Origin: Octopus sinensis
Lineage: Eukaryota
Length of the DNA stretch: 64,000 nucleotides
Direction of reading: 5' to 3'
Assembly (NCBI RefSeq): GCF_006345805.1
Contig: NC_043004.1
Location: forward strand, 26,722,001-26,786,000
Shown here: positions 24,286 through 35,488 of the stretch, one piece after another
Layout: every line of letters begins with the position of its first letter
Position numbering within the stretch: position 1 is the first letter of the stretch
Notes under the pieces: generated by a model
The model's database searches: none
Told to the model about the DNA's origin: nothing
The model's input: the letters and a program-made list of their open reading frames with translations, nothing else
Made by a program: the position numbers and the translations under genes

Positions 24286-24435
24286 TGAGAATTTACAAAA
24301 AAACAAAAGACAAAGATGGGTGTGTCGACAACAAACAGATGTATTAGTTTAACACTTGGGAAGTGAGAAAGTCTTTTATGTTTTGAGCCAACGCTCTTTG
24401 ACAGAAAGGAATACAGAAATAAACAGGAAAAGAAA
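24286..24435 (-). mobile_element. Short HHR-like PLE-type element, family H2, decayed
   Basis: Minus CTTT-CTGTCAA-A-GAGC-GTTG-GCTC-AAAA-CATA-AAAG; flanks homologous to 49250-49445. Confidence 0.6.
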
Positions 24436-25055
24436 AAAAAAATATATATATATATATACTGAGAGAGTGAGTGGGAGAGAGAGATGGGAGATAGACAGTG
24501 AGGAGGAGATGGACAGAAATGGATAGACAGGCAGGTAAATATGTAGATCTTGATATTGATATATAAATATATATATTAATATACATGTATAAATGCACAC
24601 ATGCACACACACACACACACACACACACATCTATGCATCAGATTACTACACTAAAATAAAGTGAGGAGGAGGAGGAGAGTGGACAAGATTTTTCACACAA
24701 TAGTTCTTGGATTGAATTCATGTATTGTTTAGCTTCACATGGAATCAAATATCCACATGTACTTCTGTCTGTATGTAGGAAGCTATAAACTATAAGCAAT
24801 GATATTAGCACGTACAGATTTACATACAATGTCTTGTACATTACTTTATGCCTCAGGGTTTACATGTGCTTGTGTGTGTGTGTGTATGTGTATGCGTGGT
24901 ACATGTATATATTCAAACATAGATATGTATACATATGCAGATATATGTTTATGTACATGCGTGTGTTTATATATTACATATATATATATATATATGTAAT
25001 ATACATGTATGTATGTAATATAATATAGATATGCATACATGCATGCATTTATTTA

Positions 25056-25086
<31 letters not shown>

Positions 25087-25090
25087 GCAT

Positions 25091-25143
<53 letters not shown>

Positions 25144-25148
25144 ATATT

Positions 25149-25196
<48 letters not shown>

Positions 25197-25419
25197 ATAT
25201 GTAATATATATGTGTGAGTGTGTGTGCATGTTTGCGCACACATGTGTGCATGTATGTATGTATATATAGACTTTATTAGACCAACTGCCTCCATGTCTTA
25301 TCAGCATGTGTGCATGATTTCCTTTTTCTTTCCTCAAAAACAACTTTGTGATAGACAAAACGTGTGTGGAGAATAACCAATAATCTGAGACATGTTCTGT
25401 AATGAAAGGAGAAGATTAA

Positions 25420-25456
25420 AAGTATAATAATAATAACAATAACAATAATAACAATG

Positions 25457-25511
<55 letters not shown>

Positions 25512-25543
25512 TAATAATAACAATAATAATAATAATAATGATG

Positions 25544-25632
<89 letters not shown>

Positions 25633-25650
25633 AAGAAGAAGAAAAAGAAG
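25420..25650. repeat. (AAT)n/(AAG)n microsatellite
   Basis: Direct inspection. Confidence 0.95.
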
Positions 25651-26014
25651 AAAACGAATGTATGAATATTAAAAGAGTGGAATGGCCGAACACGTTATAA
25701 CATTGTGATAACAAAAAGTATAAACATGGTAAGAAAAATCACAAGAAATGTCTTTTTTGTTATTTCAGTTTCTTTATTTTTTTTATTTCCAGATTGGAAA
25801 TTATGAAAAGTGTGATGCATTGTAGATGGATATAATATAATAATGTTTTGAAGGAGAGTTATAGTGATGTATAGGAGCATGAGTGGGTACGTGTTGTTTT
25901 TATTTGTGTGATACGTTTTGTCTATATTAAGTACGTATATAACATGTATATGCATACATGCATGTGCATACACACACACACACACATATATATACATGCA
26001 TGTGTATATATATG

Positions 26015-26073
<59 letters not shown>

Positions 26074-26203
26074 CATATATATACACACACACACACACAT
26101 ATATACACATATATATATATTTGTTACATATATATATATACATACACACGCAACACATGCACACATGCACTCACACATGCACACACGTTTGCATGTGTGT
26201 GTC

Positions 26204-26270
<67 letters not shown>

Positions 26271-26842
26271 GCACATAAATCTCTGTGTACCAGTTTGAAG
26301 TTTATCACACTGCAATATCTGACAATCATATCCATAAAAGATATTTTTGAAGCTTCACAAAAAATATAGTTTGAGCTTTCAGAGCTATTGAGCCAAAGTA
26401 GCTGCAGAAGCAACAAAGAATTAGCCAGACTTTTATTTATTTATTTTTTATTTTTTTATTTATTTATGTATTTATTTATTTATTTATTGGCTTACTTCTC
26501 TAAACAACAACAACACAGAGCAACAATGGCAATCTTTGTGGACTTATAGAAACCTGTGAAATAAGCAACATTACCAAATCTCTCTCTTGCACCATCTCCT
26601 TCTCTGTTTTCAGATCAAAGGCGATGACAAAGGATCACTCTGACTGACAGTATGCTGTGTAGGAAAAGAGCCATTCACCCTCACAAGACATGACAAAAAA
26701 GACATTAAAAATGTTATGTACATCTCTCTCTCTCTCTCTCTCTCGCTCTCTCCCCCTCTCTCTCTCGCTCTCTCCTCCTCTCTCTCTCGCTCTCTCTCTC
26801 GCTCTCTCCCCCTCTATCTCTCGCTCTCTCCCCCTTTCTCTC

Positions 26843-26880
<38 letters not shown>

Positions 26881-26924
26881 TGAGGTGCACTTGCTTTAAA
26901 TGATTCTGAAAAGAAAGACTGCTG

Positions 26925-27302
26925 AATATGGAGAATGAATGGGAGGATGAGAGCTAGCCAAATGTTGACCCAGTAGAAGGACCAACTATCTGAATAGACA
27001 GCTTCCTAGTAGATAAAGCAATTAAGGGTATGAAGCCAGAAAAAGCCCCGGCCCATCAGGAATCACTGCTGAGAAGCTTAAAACATCTGGTGGTGTGGGC
27101 TATGGCCTAGTCACCCGCATTGTAAACCAGGTAGTTCATGATGTAGTCATACCCAACGACTGGCATAGCAGCACCATAGTCAACTGCTACAAGGGTAAAA
27201 GTGATGCTCTAGATAGAAATAACTACAAGGGTATCAAACTGCTGGATCAGGTGATGAAGGTCACGGAGAGGGTCATAGCCCATCTCATCAGGGAGAGAGT
27301 CT
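26925..27302 (+). mobile_element. RTE fragment; 27006-27302 is an inverted duplicate of 16026-16323
   Basis: GVGYGLVTRIVNQVVHDVVIPNDW...AHLIRERV; 7 substitutions and 1 indel against the reverse complement of 16026-16323. Confidence 0.9.
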
Positions 27303-27304
27303 AC

Positions 27305-28110
27305 TTCTAGGAGCTTGGTGGTCCCAAATAATGATTGCAAATTGATTTCATCATTGGATAATACCCTATATCAATGTGAGTGTAAACTGCAAGCTTTCCA
27401 TTGCTGAGTGAGCTAGGGTACTCAAAGACTTCTGGAAACTTAGGCCACTGAATACTTGCCATCATTATTTTGGACCACCAAGCCCCCAGAAACAGTTGTT
27501 GGACTTGTAAAATTTTTATTCAAATCCCTTTAATTCTTGATATCATTTCTATTCTGTGTAAGGCAGACCTTTTTATAAGTACACATATGTACATCTTTTG
27601 TATTAAATGTATTTGATATTTTTTGTATCTTGCTTGTCCTTACATTTACTCCTCTACCTGCTTAAGTTTAAATCTCTTGAGCACTACAAAGTGTATTCTA
27701 TATGGAGAATATCTGTCTCTCGTCTATAAACTATATACCTTTTGCTTGGCCAAGCACTGCTTATAGATAACACTCATGGATAAACATTTCTTGGGCATGT
27801 CTACAAAAAATATCCTGATGCCACCAAGGGATCTATACTACAAAAGAGGTGGAAAGCCCTATACTATGAAATTCTTCCCTGGAGACGGAGGCTAGTATTA
27901 TCTGATGATGGAATTTACAATCAATATTTTGGACCACCAAGCCCCCAGAAACAGCTGTTAGACTTGTAAATCTCTTTTTCAACCCCTTTAATTCTTGATA
28001 TCATTTCTATTCTGTGTAAGTTAGACCTATCTAAATGTAATCATATGTACATTATTTGTATCAAATGTATTTAATATTTTTTTGTATATTGACTTGCTTG
28101 CCCTTACATA
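27305..28110 (+). mobile_element. Decayed Penelope-like remnant with direct and inverted terminal repeats
   Basis: Direct repeats 27466-27645 and 27925-28109; inverted copy 27305-27335 against 27461-27491. MSTKNILMPPRDLYYK resembles the PLE N-terminus read at 39700-39800. Confidence 0.5.
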
Positions 28111-28209
28111 TATATTAAAAGATTAATCCAGAAGATGGAGTGTAACAAGAAGCATTTATTAGCACAAAAATCATTTTGGCTTCATATTACACGGCTCCCT
28201 AGGGGGTCA

Positions 28210-28663
28210 TAGAATGATGCAATGACACCTAATGCAATACACAGTGCAAAAGAGCTTCCTCAGGTTATATATGATGCTTCATGGGGTTTACATTTCAATT
28301 TCGCTTCAACCTATATGGTGAGAGATTCTAGCAGTTCAAGTCCATTTATTAAAGTGAGGAAGATTTGATTAGGAAGAAAATAAAAGAATAAAAACACAAA
28401 GCAGCTAACATTAATTAGGTGGGGTGTGTGTTAATGCTTGTGGTCAAGAAATTAGCGCTAAAAAAAAAAAAAAAAAGAATCTAGTGTATATGAATGGGCA
28501 TTAGATAGGCCAGCTCAGCATGTGTAAGCCTTTGATGTCTTGTGGGTAGAGCAGTCAAGTATAACACCATGGTCAGATTCAGGTCTTTAGACCTTGTGGC
28601 TGCCAATGTTTGGACACACGCACACATTCATATGCATGCATGCGTCTGTGTGCATGTATGTGT

Positions 28664-28708
<45 letters not shown>

Positions 28709-29575
28709 AGTGTGTGTGTATGTATGTGCATGTACAGGGGTCTATGTATGTGTGTGTGTATAAGTATATGTGTGTGTATAAGTATATGTGTGTGTGTGCA
28801 TGTGTGTGTATGCATACCCAGGTGAGTGTGTGTGTCTCTATGTATGTGCATGTGGTGGTTAGTATGTGTGTAAATTTAGTGGGATGTATATGTGTACTTG
28901 AGCAAAGTGATGCCAAACTATATATGGGTGAGTGTATGACTGTGTGTATGTGAGTGAATAGATGTCTGTGCTTATTGACCGGATGACCGATGTCTGTGGG
29001 TATGTATGTATGTATGTATGTATGTATGTATGTATGTATGTATGTATATATATATGTATGTATCTATGAATGAATGTATGTATGTGTACGCATGTGTGCA
29101 CGTGTTGGTGGACACACATGTGTATACAGGCATGCACACACACATATACATATGAATGTGTGTGTGTGTCCAAACATTGGCAGCCACAAGGTCTAAAGAC
29201 CTGAATCTGACCATGGTGTTATACTTGACTGCCCTACCCACAAGACATCAAAGGCTTACACATGCTGAGCTGGCCTATCTAATGCCCATTCATATACACT
29301 AGATTCTTTATTTTTATTTTTATATTTTTTAGCACTAATTTCTTGACCACAAGCATTAACACCCCACCCAATTCATGCTAGCTGCTTTGTGTTTTTATTC
29401 TTTTATTTTCTTCCTAATCAAATCTTCCTCACTTTAATAAATGGACTTGAACTGCTAGAATCTCTCACCATATAGGTTGAAGCGAAATTGAAATGTAAAT
29501 CCCACGAAGTATCTTATGCAACATGAGGAAGCTCTTTTGCACTGTACATTGCATCTGGGGTTATTTCATCATTCC
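28210..29575. repeat. Long inverted duplication, arms about 28210-28634 and 29149-29575
   Basis: The inner 360 bp or so are about 95% identical, the outer 60 bp or so more diverged. The spacer is microsatellite. Confidence 0.95.
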
Positions 29576-30485
29576 ATGCTGTCACTCCTTTGTGTTCCCT
29601 CTTTTACGGTACGTTGCCAATCTCCACAGTTGCTGGCAACTGCTTCCCAGTTGCTAATATTAATGTTGCAAGCCTTCATGTCCCTTTTGCAAACATTCTT
29701 GTACCATAAGAACAGTCTTCTCACAGACCTAGTGCCCCCAGCAAGCTCTCCGTTGGGTATGTCCTTGGGGATTCTGCCATCTTCCATACGGCTAACATCT
29801 CCAAGCCATCTCATACGTCTTTGTGTGAGGAGTGCAAACATGCTTGGTATTCCTGCTTGCTTGAGGATATCTTTGTTGGGGACATGATTCTGCCATTTGA
29901 TGCCAAGGATTTTCTGGAGGCAGTGCAGGTGAAAGATATTTAGGCGACGCTCTTGGTGTGTGTATGTACACATGCCTGGTAAATCTTCATCTTTGTGGTC
30001 TTGGTCAGCTTGTCCCATGCCCGTTTGGAGAGCTGGACCATCACAGCAGTTGCCTTACCAATGCGTATATTGAGCTCAGCATCAAAGGATAGGCTGTAGG
30101 TGATGGTAGAGCCAAGATAGGCAAACTTTTCCACTTTCTGTAGTCTGTGGTCTCTAATATGTATGTTTGGGATGTCCGATGTAGTCTGACCCATGATGTT
30201 GGTCTTCTTGACGCTGATAACTAAGCCAAAGTCGCTACATGCTTGCTCAAAACAGTTGATGAGCCTTTGCAGTGCTTCTTCTGTGTGTGTGATTCCAGAA
30301 CGGCATCATCAGCAAAGAGCATCTCCTTGAACAGGACACTTCTGATTTTGGTCTTGGCACACAGACGTGAGAAATTGAACAGTTTCCCGTCACTTCTATT
30401 GTGCAGAAACACTTCATCACCTGATGTCTCAAAGGCATGTGACAGCAGCAGCGAGAAGAAGATGCCAAATAATGTAGGAGCAAGT
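29515..30485 (-). mobile_element. BovB-type RTE LINE 3' fragment
   Basis: RSDGKLFNFSRLCAKTK...MLFADDA, FAYLGSTI and LQKILGIKWQ...RRMRWLGDVSRMEDGRIPK. Confidence 0.9.
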
Positions 30486-30962
30486 GATAGAAAGACAAAT
30501 AAACTCAAGTAGGATTAATGCATGCATGTGCATGGAATACAAAATACTTAGTACAGAAGGGAGTAAAGGAAAGGAGCTATGCAATAGTTTTATCCTAACA
30601 GCTGTTCCAAGTGTACCATGGCTTATGCCATAACCATTTATTCTCATAGATCTATTAGGTGAAATCAGGCCTGCATTCTGCTCTATTCATTCAATGACAT
30701 GATGTATATATATATAAATATAGAAATACAATAAGAGGCTTCCAAATAGTTGAGATGGTAAACGTTTTTAATTTTCATTCCTTTCGAGAATTTATCCTTT
30801 TTTTGTGGTTTTTGAGATTTCTACTGCTCTTCCTAGCACAATGCTTTCCTATTTGGAAGCCTCTTATTGTATTTCTATATGAATAATATATAGTCTAATG
30901 ACTAATTCGTTTTTTGTGCTAGGCCACTGGTAATAATAATTTATTATTACCCTATGTATTAT

Positions 30963-30998
<36 letters not shown>

Positions 30999-31291
30999 TT
31001 GACAAACCCCACAATTTTTTTTATATATATAAAGGCCAAGAAATCTAAGTTTAAACCACTTTTTGATAAATCTGATAAAGGAAGAAAGTGCTTAAAGTTT
31101 AAATAAAATGTAAAGAAAAAATATATATATACTTATCCAACATTCTGACAACCTTGTCATTCTAAATATATGTGAATATATATATATATATATATATATA
31201 TCTGTACGTGTGCTTAAAGATATGTGGATATGTTAGTGTATGTGTATGTTTACTAGGGTGTAACTGTAGATATGTGTGGAGCTGTAGATAA

Positions 31292-31520
31292 GGTGGCGAG
31301 CTGGCAGAAACGTTAGCACACCTGGTGAAATGCTTAGCGGTATTGCGTCTGTCGTTGCGTTCTGAGTTCAAATTCCGCCGAGGTCGACTTTGCCTTTCAT
31401 CCTTTCGGGGTCGATAAATTAAGTACCAGTTACGCACTGGGGTCGGTGTAATCGACTTAATCCGTTTGTCTGTCCTTGTTTGTCCCCTCTATGTTTAGCC
31501 CCTTGTGGGCAATAAAGAAA
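31292..31520 (+). mobile_element. SINE family 2, full length
   Basis: TGGCAGAAACGTTAG head, GAGTTCAAATTCC B-box-like motif and GCCTTTCATCCTTTCGGGGTCGATAAA core. AGATATGTGTGGAG occurs on both flanks. Confidence 0.85.
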
Positions 31521-32079
31521 CAGATATGTGTGGAGATGTATGTGCAGATTCATATATTTAAAGCTGTGCATAATGAGGCATACTTGTATACACTCGAGCA
31601 TGTTAGCATATATATATATATGTATGAGTGCATGTGTATACACACACATACATATACTATAAATTTATAAAGCTAGTAATTTTTAGTGGTGAGTTTGGGT
31701 AAACTGACCATTCATCACAATGATATCAAACTACAACCTTAATCTATAATTCAATGAGTGGTCAAACTAAGAAATTATTTATGATCACTACCATCTCATC
31801 AAAGCCAAAATCCTGTTCTCAGTTCGACAGTATCTTATCTCTTTATCTCTTATTCTACTTTATGTTTTTATTTCTTTTGTTACTTTATTCCAATTTTGCT
31901 AAATCTTATTTATATGTGTATCTAACTTTATTATCCTTATTTTTACTTTTATTATCCTTATTTTTGCTTTTATTACTCTTGTAATTTATAGTATATACAC
32001 ACACACACATATATTTCTTTACCTTTTTACTCTTTTACTTGTTTCAGTCATATGGCTGTAGTCATGCTGGAGCACCACC

Positions 32080-33095
32080 ATGGTCTTTCTGATTTCCTCA
32101 GTCTGGGGGTGTTTCACATCATCACTCCTGTATGTGCCTTTGTCCCAGCTGTTGGTCTATTTGGTGTATAAGGGAGTTTGATTCTGTTGCCTTCGCCTGC
32201 ACAACATGTTGGGCTATTGGTTCATGTACTATTGTGGCGAGGAGGATGTCTGGTTCCTTTTTGAAGACATCTACTTCCATCTTATGCAGGCTTCTTGGTT
32301 TTTGTGGCAGAGCATTGAAGAGCTGTGAACCTTTGAACCCTAGACTACTGCAGTACCTAGTCCTGAATTTAGATGGAGTGGATGGTACCTTTAGTACAAT
32401 ACAATGATGGCCTGTTCTGGCATTTGTTTAACACTCAATGCTCAAATTAGGTACTAGCATTTCTAGAGTTTTCCATAAGTAGATTATTACATACCTGGCA
32501 TACCTTTGCTCCAGGGAGTAAAGTTGCAGTTTTCTCAGCCTGTCCCTATAGCTCATCTGCTGCACTGTTTCAATCTTTTTAGTGTAGTGGCATTGGACTG
32601 CTTCAAGATCTGCTGTTAGTTTGGCACTATGTGGTGACCATAACTGGGAGCAGTAGTCCAGGCAGCTGAGAACAAAGGTTCTCCCCAGAGTCAACATGGT
32701 TTCTTGGTCTCTTGTCTTGAAGGACCTCAGTATCCATCCTGCCAGTTGTCTGTACTTTGCTGCCATCTTGGTAATGTGCATATAAAATAATGCGTCATTG
32801 CTCACACTGATCCCCAAATCTTTCACTGCCTGTGATTCTGGGATTGCAGTGTCTTCAGAGTCTGTATATGCAGGCTGTAGTGCATTCATGAGTTGATAGT
32901 GTAGTGCTTGAAATTTTCCAGCATTAAACTGCTTGTTGTTTATTTCAGTCCTCTTGGATATCGAATTCAGGTCCCACTGTAAGCTTACAACATCATGTTG
33001 ATTTTTTTACTACCTGTGATAATTTTGTATTATCAGCATAGCTAGTGACAGTGGCTGTCCAAGTGACCATGGGCATAATATTTGTCTGAAATCCC
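32080..33095 (-). mobile_element. CR1-type LINE 3' fragment
   Basis: SYADNTKL, VKDLGISV, GWILRSFKTRD...LDYCSQLWSPH and LQLYSLEQR. Confidence 0.9.
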
Positions 33096-34080
33096 TTGCA
33101 AAGGCATTGTATCGACCTAAGTGCTGTCCAATGGGTTTTTTTTGTTGGCTCTTATGGATAGTGTGAAGTCATTTAAAATTTGTGTCCGTTCAACTGCAAC
33201 TTTGAGCTGTTGAATCAAATTATTGTGGGCCAAAAACATGGTCTGCAGAGCAGAAACGATGTCCTCATGCAAGGTTGTTATTATCTGACAGTGTCTCCTT
33301 AACTGCTGCTGGTTGTTCTCCATAAAGTAAATTTGCAGAGGTTTGGCCTTGTCATGGTAGAAACGATCCTATCAAGTAGTACACCTGCCCTTGAACTCTG
33401 AATGTTGTCTGAAATCCTTCCTTTGCTATTTGTTTAGTCATGCCAAAAGATGTCATCTGGAAAGCAGAATTGTAGCATCAAATGTTGGAGAGGAAGTGCT
33501 TTGATTCTGCAGTACACCCACCTAGCAAGTCGAATAATGCCTGTGGAGGAGATTGTAAAACAGGAATCTGAAGCTTGCCTCCAGAGCAATACATTCCACA
33601 CAAACTTCTTTGCCCCACAGAATCTGCACAGATGCAAAAGCCCACCTACTCTTACAGCAGGATCTTCACTGTAATCTAAATTAGGATCATATCTAAGAGC
33701 CAATTTCTCTTTGCAGAATGTACCAATGGAAATTGGTATGTGCGGAGGGGCAGCTGGCATTATATGTTGGACACTTTAATTCGTTGTAGTAACACTGTCT
33801 GTACTGCAATTTGTCCTAATACATGCTTGCCTATTGGATGCTTGTAAGAGGTGAGACTCAGCTGCTTGGCTTGTTGCAGTTCTACGTTGGTTCAGTGTAA
33901 GGCGTGCTGAACGGTGTTCCTGAGACTCAGCAGATTGGGTTGCTGCAGTTGTATGTCTGTTTTGAAGAAGACATATGGAATGTGCTTCCTGAGTCTCTGC
34001 TGCTCACATTGCTTCTGTAGTGCACCGATTATGAAGAAAATGCATATGGTGGTCTACCTCAGTCTTGGATGCCTGTGTTG
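33095..34080 (-). mobile_element. Helitron Rep/Helicase N-terminal region, decayed
   Basis: STPR-like AAETQEAHS/AESQEHRSARL repeats, RYDPNLDY...CRFCGAKKF, NSAFQMTSFG, TFRVQGQVY and LQTMFLAHNNLI. Confidence 0.9.
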
Positions 34081-35488
34081 ATATTATTTTACACCTGGCT
34101 TTTAAAAGTCATTGCAATCATTCAGTGTGAGACTGACACTCGCATAGCTGTAGCTCTTTGACTATTAGAGAGTAGGTGCTGTTCACACTGAAGTGAGTTT
34201 TCATGAGCACGAATAGAAGCAGTTCTCTTTGTGGCCCTTGTTTGTGGAGATAATAAAAATGTCTTTGTTTTGGTGATATGGGTGAAAAGAGTGAACAATT
34301 AAGGAACATCTAAGATGGAAGACATAGCAATTTGAAGTTGTGCAATGTATAATTTGACGTTTTAGTAACAAATGAAGAGATGTGGGAAAATTCATATCTC
34401 AATTTGTATGCAGTTATTATGAAAAGTGGTAAATTCTGAATGATTTGGCTGCATAATGCATTCTGTTAGCTGATATATATAATGGAGAGGATTACTGGTG
34501 TAATGAAAGTTATTGTTTGTCCAGAAGTGAAGTGGGGAGGAGACAATCTGCATAAAAGTGAATTATATTCTCAAGAAGGGTACTGTTTTATGGAATAAAA
34601 AGGGGTTAATATGATTTTGCCCAGAAATCATGTTCTCAAAATTATAATTTCCCCACTTCCCACCAAAATTTCCTAATTTTCAACTGCTTTTCAAATTTTG
34701 CTTTTTATGCATGTGGAAAAATAAAGAGATTACGAATGTGGGAAATATAATTTGTTTTTGAAAATTTAATTTTTCTGAAAGAAATACTGAATACTCCTTC
34801 CACCACCTCAGACACCCATCAGCTACTCGCTTTCAGATGAAATGTGAATCTCCTGTATGGAAAACATAGGAATGTGAGTAAATTAAGGAAAGAAATAAGT
34901 GGGGTGGGGTATGCAAATGTCATCTCAGACAAGCTAGAAACAACAGGTAAAGGACAGGATTTCTGAGAAAACTTCTTTGTAAGTTTAAATGGAAGATCAG
35001 GTTTTGAAATACGCTCATCACAAACAGGAATGAGAGAATAGGAAAAGGTAATTTCCATATGATTTGAGCTGTAATTTAGCACACAGCAAAAAAATAACAT
35101 AATTCATACTCTGTGTGTGTGTGTGTGGCAAAGGAAGTTATTTTTGCATACCTTTCTTAATTCCAAAAGAAGGAAATGTAGTGAAGTTGTCATATGTTAA
35201 CAGTAGAATGTCTTCATAGATTATAATAAGAAATTGAAAGAAAAAATAATGCCTAATTCTACGTATGCATGAAACATCAGACGAAATTGAAAAGACTTTA
35301 AAATTGTACGACACGACCTCATTTCTGAGGTTCTCAGTGTCCCCTTCTCTCCCACTTTCTCCCTCTCTTTGTGCCAATTTTCCTTCATTTTCACCTATAG
35401 AAGACACATAAAGTATGGAACATCAGTGTCTGTCTCCCACCCGCTATCTGTCTTTCACTTGGTCATTCCGTTATAATTAATTTCTTGA

